Of a stretch of DNA of 64,000 bases, positions 10,361-20,450 are shown in pieces. The stretch is taken from the NCBI GenBank assembly GCA_965223705.1, contig OZ245015.1:135106-199105 (forward strand), read 5' to 3'. The notes under the pieces are model-generated. The model did not search any database, had not been told where the DNA came from, and worked only from the letters and a program-made list of their open reading frames with translations. How positions within the stretch are numbered: position 1 is the stretch's first letter; each line of letters begins with the position of its first letter. Source of the stretch: Myxococcota bacterium. GTDB taxonomy: Bacteria; Myxococcota_A; UBA9160; UBA6930. The translations under genes and the position numbers were made by a program.

Positions 10361-11323
10361 ATGGAAGAACTCATCACCCACGCGTTGGAACTGATCGCCG
10401 CTCACGGCTACTTGATCGTATTCGTGTGGATGTTCGCAGACCAGGTAGCACTACCTCTTCCTTCCGCACCTGTGCTCATCGCGGCGGGCATCGTGGCGGC
10501 GACCGGTGCGCTCGACGTTTTCGCCGTCGTCGTCGTCGCGTCGGCGGCGACACTGCTGGCGGATATTCTCTGGTATCTCCTCGGTCGACGCGGCGGTGCG
10601 CGGGCGGTCGACCTCATCTGCCGCCTGTCTCTCGAGCCCGACAGTTGTGTCACGACGACGCGAAACGCTTTCGGTCGCTTCGGACCGGCGACGCTGGTGA
10701 TCGCGAAGTTCATTCCCGGCGTTCAAACCTTGGCCCCTGCGTCGGCCGGATTCGCACGAGCGCCGTGGCCCGGGTTCCTCTTTCTCGACCTCGTGGGCAC
10801 GCTCCTATTCGTCACGCCATTCATCGGAGTGGGCTTCTTCTTCCAGGCGCAAATCGCGGAACTCGCGAATCGACTCGCCGCGATTTCCGGAGCCGCGACC
10901 TTGGGTGTCCTCGCGGTCGCTTCGCTCTACCTGGGGATCAAGGTGCTGCGCTGGGTCGTGTTCTTTCGAGGTCACCGGTTGCGGCGCCTTAGCGCGGAGC
11001 AACTGAACGATCGCCTTCAATCGGGTACGGCCACGACAATCATCGATCTACGTCAACGCTTCGACTACGACCTGCTGCCGCGCGTCATTCCCACGGCGCG
11101 GCGAATCCCGATCGACGAAATACCGCACCGACACCACGAGATTCCGCGAGAGCACGACATCATCCTCGTCTGTACCTGACCGAGCGAAGCTTCGAGCGCT
11201 CGGGTAGCGCTCTTCCTTCAGAAACACGGAGTTCGTCGCGTGTTTCCCTTGGCCGGCGGAATGGGCGCCTGGGTCGGGCACGGTTTCCCAACCGAGCCGG
11301 TCGACCGCGAGGGATCGCCTTAG
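10361..11323 (+). CDS. DedA/VTT + rhodanese fusion, predicted selenoprotein (Sec at TGA 11177-11179)
   Basis: DedA motifs (LPLPS, AKFIPG); frame continues past TGA as C-T-U-PSEASSARVA...LAGGMGAW to TAG 11323; hairpin 3' of the TGA. Confidence 0.8.
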
Positions 11324-12066
11324 CGCTGCGGGGGGACCTGCAGAACGAGGCACACGTACCCGTAGTCGTCTCCGCACGCTTCGTAGGTCTCCCGCTCGCG
11401 CCGTGTGGTGTCGTAGATTTCGAGCTCGCCGTGCTGTCGGATCGCCCTGCGCAGGGGCGCTTCGAGACCGGCGTAGTAAGCGTGCCAGTCGTCGGCCGGG
11501 AGCCGGAACGAGCTCAGCAGGTCGTAGTGCGCGCGCCGGGCATCGTCGATGCGCGTCGCCTCGTCTCGGATGTCGGGGTACTCGTTCGCGAAGAAGGCGC
11601 TCGCGCGCTCGTCGGGATGGGCCACGAACCAGACGAGTTCGGTCAACACCAAGCATCCACCGGGGCGAAGCAGTGGACGCCAAAGCCGCAACGCGTCCTC
11701 GAAGCCAATCGAGTACGCACTGCCCTCGGCCCACAATAAATCGAAGTCGCTGCCGAGCGTGTGAGCTTCGGCCATATCGACGGAAACGGTCGTGACGCGA
11801 TCTAGGAGTCCCCGCTCCGCAGCCTGGGCTCGCAACGTCGCGAGGAACGGCGGGTGGATATCCACCGCCGTGACCTCGGCGCCGGTATCTTCGCACAGCA
11901 CGAGGGTCGAGCCTCCGGTTCCGCAACCCAGGTCGAGTACGCGCTCGATCCGCAGCGACTTGGGCAACAGGTCGAGCGCGCGACGGGTCGTGGCGGCGCT
12001 GCCAGGGGCTTGCCTCGGCGTGTCCTCGAACAACTCGAACAAGCGTGTCAGATCATCGGCTCGCAC
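11320..12066 (-). CDS. Class I SAM-dependent methyltransferase
   Basis: VLDLGCGTG, FDLLWAEG, LRPGG. Confidence 0.9.
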   Translation of the reverse strand: MRADDLTRLFELFEDTPRQAPGSAATTRRALDLLPKSLRIERVLDLGCGTGGSTLVLCEDTGAEVTAVDIHPPFLATLRAQAAERGLLDRVTTVSVDMAEAHTLGSDFDLLWAEGSAYSIGFEDALRLWRPLLRPGGCLVLTELVWFVAHPDERASAFFANEYPDIRDEATRIDDARRAHYDLLSSFRLPADDWHAYYAGLEAPLRRAIRQHGELEIYDTTRRERETYEACGDDYGYVCLVLQVPPQR

Positions 12067-12087
12067 AGAGGGGCGTTGGAACGCGGC

Positions 12088-13230
12088 TCAGACGTTCATG
12101 TCGAGACGGTGGTAGTCGTGCAACCTCTCGAGCATCGAACTCTTCCAGTTGTGGTGTTCGCCAGCGTCAGCGAACGGTCGGTAGACAAATGCCGTCTCGT
12201 CGGGAAAGCGTTGTCGCCGTGCATCGATGGCGTACCCGATCACCTTCGAGCGTTCGCGGATGTGGTCCTCGGTGTAGACGACTTTCTCGCCGACGATCCC
12301 TCCGCCTTCCACGCCCAGGACGGACGCGCGCGGAAGGCAGCCGATGTTGACCGTCACCCGCCAGTCGTCGCTGGTATTTGCAAACGAGCCGTGCAGCAAC
12401 TGGCGGTTGCTGATCACGGTATCGCCCGGGTTGCACACCATCGGAACCGCCTCGGGCAAGCGCTCCGTCCCTGCGGCCGCCACGCGCGCCTTGATGTCGA
12501 TGCGTCCTTCCTTGTGGGAGCCCGGAACGACCCAAACACCGTTCGCCGGAGTGCAACCGAAGACCTGGCCCATCAGGTTGAAGCCGTGCGAGCCTTGATT
12601 CCAGGTCGGGCTGTTCCAGTGGGTGACGCCGTCCTGGTGCCAGGCGACGGAAGCACCGAGGCCTGGCGCTTTGATGAACAGTGCGTCGGTGTAGGGAACG
12701 AAGTCGTCGCCGTTCACGGCAGCCGAAACGGCAAGCAGATCCGGATGGGCGTACGCGCGCAGGCACGCCTCTGAAAACTGAAGGGCGCCGATGATCAGAT
12801 AGACGATCTCTTTCGGTGCCTCCTCGCTCGGAGCGGGCTCGAACATCTTCACGGGATGGCGCCCCTTGCCAAATGAAGTGCCTCCGAAAGGGTCGCCCAG
12901 CGGCTTTGACCAGAACACGGTTCGCGCCTTACATGTGGCGCCCAGTGCCGGGCGCCCCTTGTGGTCCAACGCGGCACCTTCATGTGTCGGAAGACGATCC
13001 ATGATCGCGTTGAGATCCGCCTCGATGTCCGACAGCTCCTCACCTGAGAACACGTTCTCAAACACGTAGAAGCCGTATCGCCAATACGCGTCGAGAATGT
13101 CGTCCGCGATTCGTCCGTCGACATAGCGAATGGGGCCACGGTTGTTGAGGGCTAGTGCGCGTTCGCGGCCTTCGGCCAGGTAGGTCTGCATCTCATCTTC
13201 TTGGGCGCCATAGTCTGCGCGGAATCGCAT
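12088..13230 (-). CDS. Phytanoyl-CoA dioxygenase (PhyH) family protein
   Basis: WHQD, VVPGSHK, LHGS..N...R motifs. Confidence 0.85.
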   Translation of the reverse strand: MRFRADYGAQEDEMQTYLAEGRERALALNNRGPIRYVDGRIADDILDAYWRYGFYVFENVFSGEELSDIEADLNAIMDRLPTHEGAALDHKGRPALGATCKARTVFWSKPLGDPFGGTSFGKGRHPVKMFEPAPSEEAPKEIVYLIIGALQFSEACLRAYAHPDLLAVSAAVNGDDFVPYTDALFIKAPGLGASVAWHQDGVTHWNSPTWNQGSHGFNLMGQVFGCTPANGVWVVPGSHKEGRIDIKARVAAAGTERLPEAVPMVCNPGDTVISNRQLLHGSFANTSDDWRVTVNIGCLPRASVLGVEGGGIVGEKVVYTEDHIRERSKVIGYAIDARRQRFPDETAFVYRPFADAGEHHNWKSSMLERLHDYHRLDMNV

Positions 13231-13253
13231 CGTCGTGCCCTCCGAACGTGCGG

Positions 13254-13697
13254 CTAGTTCGACGATTCTAGGACCGTCCGCCGCATCAGGACAGCCGAGA
13301 GCGAACACAAGTTCGAGAACTCATCGGAAGAAGCGATCTCCGGCGGTGCTTCAGCTCGAGGGACCGCGGCAAAGTTGCGCTGGGTAAAGAAGCGCTCTGC
13401 CGTCTCCGTGAGCAGATAGAGCTCTCGGATGTCGCTTTCCGCGGCCTCTCGTTCGAGCCGATCGCACATGGCAGCCGCCAATCCGCGGCGCCGGTACGCG
13501 GGTTTCACAGCGAGCGATCGGAGCAGCGCATGCGGACGGCGAATCTCGAGCCCGCCGACCCCTACAATCGATCCATCCGACTCGGACACGACGAAAGATC
13601 CGAGGTTTTCGGAGACTCCCTCGAGCGGCAAGTCCGCTTCGCTGAGAATCGCGAGCACCTCCGGGAGATCCGCTTGTCTCGCTCTTCGCAACGTCAT
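13254..13697 (-). CDS. GNAT acetyltransferase, ArsN2-like
   Basis: ALLRSLAV...RRRGLA, LYLLTETA..FF, EF..LC..SA. Confidence 0.8.
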   Translation of the reverse strand: MTLRRARQADLPEVLAILSEADLPLEGVSENLGSFVVSESDGSIVGVGGLEIRRPHALLRSLAVKPAYRRRGLAAAMCDRLEREAAESDIRELYLLTETAERFFTQRNFAAVPRAEAPPEIASSDEFSNLCSLSAVLMRRTVLESSN

Positions 13698-13844
13698 CTC
13701 GAACGCGTTCCCATGTAACCGAAAGCAGACCGTTCGAAGTCTTCGCAAACTTCGCGGCACCGGGAAATGATGCCAGTTTTCCCAGCGAGAGGACAAAAGT
13801 CGCCGCGGACGTTACCCATTACGTCGGCTCAAGTCGGGGGTACC

Positions 13845-14672
13845 ATGGAGTTCGAGGCCATCTACGCGAAACTTGAAGAGGCGCTCATCGCCTGGGGGCC
13901 CAGCGTGGTCGCGGGCCTCGCAATCCTCTTCTTTGGCTGGGTCGGCTCCAAGCTCGCGCGTGCGTTGGCGACACGGCTCATGCGTCGCGGCGGCGTCAAC
14001 GAAACCCTGGTGCGCTTCAGCGGAAGCATCTTCTACGGCGCCGCCATGTCCCTCGTGGTCATCGCTGCCCTGGGCAAGTTCGGTGTCAACACCACTTCCT
14101 TTGCGGCGGTCATCGCGGCCGCGGGCCTGGCCATCGGCCTCGCGTTTCAGGATTCGCTGTCGAACTTCGCTGCGGGGGTGCTGCTGATCGTGTTTCGCCC
14201 CTTTCAAGCCGGCGACTACATCGAAGCGGGCGGCGTCGCGGGCACGGTCCAGGAGATCGAGCTCTTCACCACGGTCTTGAACACGCCCGATAACCGGCGT
14301 GTCATCGTCCCGAACGCGCAAATCGGGAAAGATTCCATCACGAACTACTCCGCGAACGACCTGCGCCGCGTCGATCTCGTCTTCGGCATCAGCTACGACG
14401 ACGACATGCGCGAGGCGAAACGAATTCTCGAAAACCTCATCGCGGGAAACGATCGGGTGCTTTCGGATCCAAAGCCGACCATCGCCGTGTCCGAGCTAGC
14501 GGACAGCAGCGTGAACTTGGTTTGCCGCCCGTGGGTCAAGACGGGGGACTACTGGGCCGTCTTCTTCGAGCTCACCGAAGAGGCGAAACGCGCGTTCGAT
14601 GCGGCGGGCCTTTCGATTCCGTTTCCCCAGTCCGATGTCCACCTTCACGCCGTCGGAAGCGATGCCGCCTAG
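13845..14672 (+). CDS. mscS: Small-conductance mechanosensitive channel
   Basis: AAGLAIGLAFQDSLSNFAAG, RPFQAGD, IPFPQ. Confidence 0.9.
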   Translation: MEFEAIYAKLEEALIAWGPSVVAGLAILFFGWVGSKLARALATRLMRRGGVNETLVRFSGSIFYGAAMSLVVIAALGKFGVNTTSFAAVIAAAGLAIGLAFQDSLSNFAAGVLLIVFRPFQAGDYIEAGGVAGTVQEIELFTTVLNTPDNRRVIVPNAQIGKDSITNYSANDLRRVDLVFGISYDDDMREAKRILENLIAGNDRVLSDPKPTIAVSELADSSVNLVCRPWVKTGDYWAVFFELTEEAKRAFDAAGLSIPFPQSDVHLHAVGSDAA

Positions 14673-15502
14673 CTCTGCTGCTTTCCCGTCTTCGGGTCGG
14701 GGTCGCTGATCTTGAAGCTCGACTCGAGATCGTAGATCGTCAGGATCTTCTCTCCCCACTCGTGGGGTAGATCTTCGATCGTTCCGGCTTTGGTTTCCTC
14801 TGCAGCAACCTCGAGCGCGCGCAACAAGATCTGACGCTGAAGCGCCCGCTCCCCCGGACGCCCGAAAGGGTTGCCCATCGGATGGTTGACGAATAGCGAG
14901 CGCGGCGGACGCACGCGGGCCGTGATGTCGCGCCCCGTCGAAACGTTTACCGTGACGATTCCATGCTCTTCAACGACTCTCGAAACCAGACCGACCGTCT
15001 GGTGATCGAGAGGTCACGCAGGAACGAGGACGAAGATATCGACCCCGTCTTTCCGGAGTTCCTGTGCCAGGCGCGGCGCCGCTTCCTCGATGACATGGCC
15101 GCGCTTGTAGATGCGGCCCATGAAGCCACTCCACAGGCGGTCCGCGACCCGCCCGATCACTCCTTCAGCCGCGAGCTCTCGCAGCCGCTCGATGGGGAAG
15201 ATCACGTTCAGGTCTTTCTCGCCGTCACGCGTATCGTAGTAGTCGTCGTTGATCGTGAATTCGCCCGCCCCGGCCTGCGGATCGATCTCGTCGAGGCGGA
15301 AATCGTTCTTCGCGATGGGGTTGAACGGCTCGCGACTCTCGTGCGCGATCCCGCCGCTCGTCAGCAGTGAGACCGTGCACTCAGAAAGGGGTTTGCGCAG
15401 CGGTGTGAGCGGCGCGTCGTCGTACTCCGACCAATCGTAGGGCGGATACCCTTTCGATTGGTAGCGGCCATCAATGAGGTCGATGTAGCGGATGGGTTTC
15501 AT
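14669..15502 (-). CDS. Glycine/betaine/D-proline reductase selenoprotein B (PrdB/GrdB-like), Sec at TGA 15014-15016
   Basis: ORFs 15014-15529 and 14669-14914 share one frame, joined by VPA-U-PLDHQTVGLVSR; D.N.IFPIERL.EL..EG.IG and RPPR...HPMG.PFG motifs; SECIS-like hairpin. Confidence 0.85.
14977..15012 (-). promoter_or_regulatory. Putative bacterial SECIS hairpin
   Basis: CTCTCGA-TC-ACCAGAC-GGTCG-GTCTGGT-T-TCGAGAG directly after the in-frame TGA. Confidence 0.75.
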
Positions 15503-15563
15503 CGGGTTCTCCTCGCTGAACGATACCATCCTCGGCCGCCCGCCCGGTAGACTGGAGCGTGTG

Positions 15564-15968
15564 GTGCGCGTACTCGTCCTGCGGCCGGGAGGCCCGGGCC
15601 TTCATGACTTCACCCGAGAGGTGGAGGAGCTCGTTCGGAGCGCCGGCGTGGAAGAGGGCCTGTGCACCCTATTTGTCCGGCATACGTCCGCGAGTCTGAC
15701 GATCCAGGAGAACGCGGATTCCGCTGTGCAACGCGACCTCGAGGCGTGGCTGGCACGCCTGGTGCCCGAGAACGACGCCCTCTTCACGCACACGTCCGAA
15801 GGGCCGGACGACATGCCCGCACATATCAAGGCAGCGCTCACGGCGACATCTCTCTCGATCCCCATTTCCGGTGGTCGCCTCGCCCTGGGGACATGGCAGG
15901 GGATCTATCTATGGGAGCACCGCCAGGCGCACGGCAGCCGCGAAGTCGTGGTACACGTCGGCGCGTAG
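15564..15968 (+). CDS. yjbQ: YjbQ/UPF0047 family protein
   Basis: HTSASLTIQENAD, EGPDDMPAHIK, LGTWQGIYLWEHR. Confidence 0.9.
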   Translation: MRVLVLRPGGPGLHDFTREVEELVRSAGVEEGLCTLFVRHTSASLTIQENADSAVQRDLEAWLARLVPENDALFTHTSEGPDDMPAHIKAALTATSLSIPISGGRLALGTWQGIYLWEHRQAHGSREVVVHVGA

Positions 15969-15980
15969 GGCGGCGGCAGC

Positions 15981-16553
15981 CTAATCGTCCTCGTCCGTCC
16001 GCCGGAACTCTACCCAGAAGAGTCCTCGAAAATCTCCGATGGCGTAGCCCGTGGCCTCGTCCTGGGGATACAGGGCGTGAAGACGATCGCGGACCCCCGG
16101 CGCAACCGCTTCGCCGTGGCACGTGAGGCAAAGAGGCGCCATGTAGATCGGCTCGACGTATCCCATCGAATCCGGCCCGGTGGCTACGACGCGGTGCTCG
16201 ATCTCCCCCGGCGAGGCCGCGAGAAACTCATCGAGAAGCGGTGCCATCCACAGCTCGGGGGCGTTCTGCGGGTTGCGAAGTCGTCGGCTGGTGCGCCCCA
16301 TGTGAAGGGTCGTGGTTGCAAGAGACGACGCGATCTCGGGTGCTTCTTGCCGACACGCGGTGACAGCTTCCGCCGGACCCTTTTCGAGCCCGGCGTGGAG
16401 CGCTGCCATGAGCTTCTTCTTGAATGGGCCGAGCGCTTCTTGCGCGGCGACAACGACCTCCCCTTCCGCGGCAGGCGCCGCACCTGGCGAGCCCGCCCCG
16501 ACGAGAATCGAGACCATCGCGAGTGCGACCAACCACCGACGGCGCTGCGACAT
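15981..16553 (-). CDS. DUF3365 family c-type cytochrome domain protein
   Basis: Signal peptide, RTS.RLRNP.N, CLTCH heme motif, YP.D.ATGY..GD.RG. Confidence 0.85.
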   Translation of the reverse strand: MSQRRRWLVALAMVSILVGAGSPGAAPAAEGEVVVAAQEALGPFKKKLMAALHAGLEKGPAEAVTACRQEAPEIASSLATTTLHMGRTSRRLRNPQNAPELWMAPLLDEFLAASPGEIEHRVVATGPDSMGYVEPIYMAPLCLTCHGEAVAPGVRDRLHALYPQDEATGYAIGDFRGLFWVEFRRTDEDD

Positions 16554-16555
16554 CG

Positions 16556-16963
16556 CTACGTCCAAAGACAAGCTCGCGCGAGCTCGGTGTCCATGTACTC
16601 AGTGAGCGACGCGATCTGTCCGTCTCGGAATCTCCACACTCGGCAGTATCGATTGTTGTAATCGCGTCCGTCGACGGTTCGAGCTCGACCGTCGGCCGTT
16701 TCGACCACCGTATCGCCTTCGGCGATCATCTGATGGTTCGTCATTTCGATCGCACCGTTTTCGATCTTGGCTCCGAACATCGCCTGGAGCAACTCAAGGA
16801 GCGGCGTCTTTCCGCGAACGGTGTTGCCACCGGGCGGCTGCCCGGCCAGTACGAACTCGAAGTCGTACGTCGCGTCCGCGAGGAATCCGTCGATATCGCC
16901 GCGCCCGAGCGCAGCCACCGCCTTGCGAACGAGGTCTTTGTTTCCCGCCTCGGGCCTGCTCAA
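16556..16963 (-). CDS. SnoaL/NTF2-like protein
   Basis: IAEGD.VV, G..YNN.Y, EYMDT; TTG start with AAGGAG RBS. Confidence 0.8.
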   Translation of the reverse strand: MSRPEAGNKDLVRKAVAALGRGDIDGFLADATYDFEFVLAGQPPGGNTVRGKTPLLELLQAMFGAKIENGAIEMTNHQMIAEGDTVVETADGRARTVDGRDYNNRYCRVWRFRDGQIASLTEYMDTELARACLWT

Positions 16964-17421
16964 TTTTTGTCTCCTTTCGCGCGCCTCGATCTCGCGGTGA
17001 GCACGGCGAAGGCCCAACCGGCTTTGCGGTATGGGCCGAGAATTTCGACGACTTTTTGGAGGGGACGCGGGAACGATTTAGGAACCCGAAAGCGTTTGCC
17101 CTCGTGAATCACGAACGCGCGGGCTTCGCGCGCGCGGCCGCCCAACCAAAACCGCACCTTGGGCTCCGCCGCCGCATTGAGAACCCACTTCGATCGAGCG
17201 CCCCGTGCTGTTGCAACCAAGACATACTTTCCGACGCGGGTCGCGACGAGCGGAGTCCGGTACAGGCGCCCCGATTTCCGCCCTTTTGTCTCGAGCACAA
17301 TGAGGCCTCCGGGAGCCAACCTCGGCGAACCGATCCCCGCGCGGACCAACGGCTCAATGACGCGATTGAGCGTGCGGAAAAATTCCCGCTCGATTGAGTT
17401 GCGAAGATCCCGTAGCGCCAC
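16960..17421 (-). CDS. Deazaflavin (F420)-dependent nitroreductase family protein
   Basis: LET.GRKSG..R.TPL, WV.N..A.P.V. Confidence 0.75.
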   Translation of the reverse strand: MALRDLRNSIEREFFRTLNRVIEPLVRAGIGSPRLAPGGLIVLETKGRKSGRLYRTPLVATRVGKYVLVATARGARSKWVLNAAAEPKVRFWLGGRAREARAFVIHEGKRFRVPKSFPRPLQKVVEILGPYRKAGWAFAVLTARSRRAKGDKN

Positions 17422-17733
17422 TCAGCGCTCCATCGGGTCGATGGCGCGGATCCTCGCGACGAAGGCGGCGATCTCACGCTCCGCATAAGACAGGTACACG
17501 CGCTTGCCCGATGCCGGTCGTTTCGCCAGGGAAAGGCCCGGCCGCCACTCGCTTTTTGGGCGAACAGGGCGGGGCCGGAAGCCGCCGCCGCAGTTCGGAC
17601 AAACATTATGCAATTTGTCGTCCACGCACGCCGCGCAGAACGTGCACTCATAGGAGCAGATGCGGGCGTCGCTCGCATCCGGCGGCAGATCCCGATCGCA
17701 GTATTCGCAATTCGGCCTGAGTTCTAGCGCCAT
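17422..17733 (-). CDS. DUF1272 family protein
   Basis: LELRPNCE.CD.DL, ICSYECTFC, CPNCGG. Confidence 0.9.
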   Translation of the reverse strand: MALELRPNCEYCDRDLPPDASDARICSYECTFCAACVDDKLHNVCPNCGGGFRPRPVRPKSEWRPGLSLAKRPASGKRVYLSYAEREIAAFVARIRAIDPMER

Positions 17734-17734
17734 C

Positions 17735-18703
17735 TTACGTGCGCAGACTTGCGAGAAAACGCAGGATCGCTGCGTTGGTTTCGGCGGGTCTCTCCATCTG
17801 CACCCAGTGGCCGGCCCCTTCGATGATCTCGATGAAGCGCAGATCGTCGAAGAACGGTTCGAAGTGACTGCGCCAATCCGCGTCGATCATGAGAGCGATG
17901 TCCTGCGCGCCCGCGGCAAAGGCGGCGGGGCGCCGAAACCGCTTGCCCTCGAGCTCGGGCGTGCTGGCGTTGTTGGTCGGGATGTTTCGGTACCAGCTGT
18001 TGGGCCCGTGGAAGCCGCTCTTCTCATATTGGGCGACATAGAATTCGAGATCTTTTTGCGTGAGCCAAGGCGGGAGCTTCTCAGGCGGGGGGAACACTTC
18101 GCGGAAGCTCGCCGTGGCTGGAGACTCGATCTGCTTCAGGAACGTTCCCGTCGGCGCCTGTGCACCGAGGGCGTAGTAGATCCCCGAGAGTGAGCCTTCG
18201 ATATCGGCCTCGAGGTCCGCTTCCGCGAGACCCGGCGTCTGAAACAGCCGCGCGTACCAAAACCCGTCTTCGGGGGGGTCGACGAATGCGGGATTGAGAC
18301 GCCAGAAAGGCACGGAGAGCCCCATGATGGCGGTGCAGACATCGTCGTGAAGGAGCGCGGTGTTCCAGGCGGCGATGCAACCCCAGTCGTGCCCGATCAG
18401 CGTGAACTCGTCGTAGCCGAGCGCCTGCGAGAGCCCGACGACGTCGGCGGCGAGCTCGCGAATGTTGTAGGCCGCGATATCCCGCGGCGCCGTGCTCCCG
18501 CCGTAGCCTCGCTGGTTCGGAACTGCGACACGAAAGCCCGCATTCGCGATGGCATCGATCTGGTGGCGCCAGAGATACCAACACTGTGGCCAGCCGTGTA
18601 GAAGGATGACCAGCGGTCCGTCGCCCTCGACCACCGTTTCGAGGGTGACCCCGTTCGTTTCAATTCGCTGAAGTTCCCGCGGCTTCGCCGACACGTTGTC
18701 CAT
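17735..18703 (-). CDS. Epoxide hydrolase-like alpha/beta hydrolase
   Basis: HGWP, QRGYG, GHDWG, GAGHW.Q.E. Confidence 0.9.
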   Translation of the reverse strand: MDNVSAKPRELQRIETNGVTLETVVEGDGPLVILLHGWPQCWYLWRHQIDAIANAGFRVAVPNQRGYGGSTAPRDIAAYNIRELAADVVGLSQALGYDEFTLIGHDWGCIAAWNTALLHDDVCTAIMGLSVPFWRLNPAFVDPPEDGFWYARLFQTPGLAEADLEADIEGSLSGIYYALGAQAPTGTFLKQIESPATASFREVFPPPEKLPPWLTQKDLEFYVAQYEKSGFHGPNSWYRNIPTNNASTPELEGKRFRRPAAFAAGAQDIALMIDADWRSHFEPFFDDLRFIEIIEGAGHWVQMERPAETNAAILRFLASLRT

Positions 18704-18745
18704 GCCTCCCATGATAGGCTGAATCGCAGAAACGAGGAGCACCGG

Positions 18746-20038
18746 ATGAACCACACGACCGATTTCAACGCGATGCTCCGCGCGATGCGCGGGGTCGACG
18801 GAACGGCTTTCGAGGTGCGCGCAGAAGCGGCGCCCTACGCGGAGTTCGAGGCGTCCGAGTACGCGACGCGCTACGCGCGCGCCGTGCGGTTGATGGAAGA
18901 GCGCGAGATCGACGCCTTGCTCCTCACCCATGAGCTCAACGTTCGGTATTTCTCGGGCTACCTGACGATTCTGTGGGAATCCCGCTTCCGTTCGCTGATG
19001 TTGCTTCTGCCGCGCGATCCGTCCTTGGGGCCGACACTGATCGTCCCCGGGCAGGAGACGGGAAACGCCGTAGGAACGTCTTGGGTTCCGGATCGCGTGA
19101 TCTACCCGGATCAGGAGAACCCGATCCCGTTCGCGGTGGGTGCGCTCCGGGACAAGGGGTTGGCCAATGCCCGTGTCGGCATGGAACTCGGCTTCGGGCA
19201 GCGTCTGGGAATGACGCAGGAAGACTTCGATGCGCTGCGCAACGGCCTTCCGGAAGCGACGATTGAGAGCGCCACTGAGTTAATCCAAGCGGTTCGGATG
19301 CTGAAGTCTCCCGCCGAGGTCGAGCGGGTGCGGCGTGCGTGTGAGATCTCCCAAGTTGCGGTTCGCGAGGGGTTCGGTGCACTTCGCGAAGGGATGACCG
19401 AGAAGGAACTCGGCGCCGTGCTGGGCGCTGCGATGTTTCGCGAAGGGGCGGAGCTGAGCTCGCGCCCGAGCTTTCTCACGGTGTCGAGCTACCCCGGACG
19501 CCCGATGATGGTGAACTCGTTGGCGAGCGACTACGCGATTCAGCGTGGTGACATGGTGATGCTCGACGGAGGAGCGACCCACGGCGGCTACGCCACGGAT
19601 TTCATCCGGCAAGCGTGTCTCGGCGAGCCCACCGACGATCAACGGCGTTGGTTCGACATCTGCATCGAAGCCAACGATGCGTGTATTACCGCGGTCGGTC
19701 CCGGCGCGACCGGCGCCGACGTCTACGAAGCGGGTCTTGCCGTCTTCGAGCGCCACGGGCTGGCAAAGTACAACCTGATCAACATCGTGGGGCACGGGAC
19801 CGGCATGGAAGTGCACGAGCTGCCGTGGCTCGGTGAACGCGATGTGGTCTACAGCTCGGACACGCGTCTCGAACCGGGCATGGTCCTCTGCGTCGAACCC
19901 GTCATCGCCGGGATGGACGGTCCCGAAGCGCGGGCGGGCATCTTTATCGTCGAAGACAAGTTGCTCGTCACAGATACGGGGTGCGAAGTGCTGACGCAAT
20001 CACTCTCAAAGGATCTGTGGGTCCAGCCGACGCACTAG
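18746..20038 (+). CDS. Xaa-Pro peptidase (M24) family protein
   Basis: RMLKS..E, D.G....GY.TD, GHG.G.EVHE, EP, ED. Confidence 0.85.
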   Translation: MNHTTDFNAMLRAMRGVDGTAFEVRAEAAPYAEFEASEYATRYARAVRLMEEREIDALLLTHELNVRYFSGYLTILWESRFRSLMLLLPRDPSLGPTLIVPGQETGNAVGTSWVPDRVIYPDQENPIPFAVGALRDKGLANARVGMELGFGQRLGMTQEDFDALRNGLPEATIESATELIQAVRMLKSPAEVERVRRACEISQVAVREGFGALREGMTEKELGAVLGAAMFREGAELSSRPSFLTVSSYPGRPMMVNSLASDYAIQRGDMVMLDGGATHGGYATDFIRQACLGEPTDDQRRWFDICIEANDACITAVGPGATGADVYEAGLAVFERHGLAKYNLINIVGHGTGMEVHELPWLGERDVVYSSDTRLEPGMVLCVEPVIAGMDGPEARAGIFIVEDKLLVTDTGCEVLTQSLSKDLWVQPTH

Positions 20039-20376
20039 CCGAGCCACACCTTCGCGATCGCACGGTGGGCGAAGAACCCAACCGGCAACGCTGCACAGCC
20101 AAAAGCATATGCCTGCCAGAAAGATAGGTTCAGCCGATCGGCCAGCAGAAACGGTACGAAAAACATGAGGCTGATCGGAATCGCGACGAAGATGCTCTGG
20201 GCGAGATGAATCGACGCTTCCGCGCTTCCGTGCTCCCGAAACGAGAGCGGAAGAACGAGCATCGTGGCCACCGGCAGCGCGACGAAAAAGCCCGCAAGGG
20301 ATGGAAGCCGACCCGAAAGCCACGATGCGAAGCTGATGACCACGGCGGAAACAATCACGTTGAGCACAAAGGTCAC
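20035..20376 (-). CDS. Small membrane protein (DUF3147-like)
   Basis: Four hydrophobic segments, AG...ALP. Confidence 0.65.
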   Translation of the reverse strand: MTFVLNVIVSAVVISFASWLSGRLPSLAGFFVALPVATMLVLPLSFREHGSAEASIHLAQSIFVAIPISLMFFVPFLLADRLNLSFWQAYAFGCAALPVGFFAHRAIAKVWLG

Positions 20377-20450
20377 GAAACGGCGCCCCCACGATTTCGT
20401 AGTAAGGGAAAGATTAACGAACTAAGATCGCGGATCGGAGGGAGCGAACG

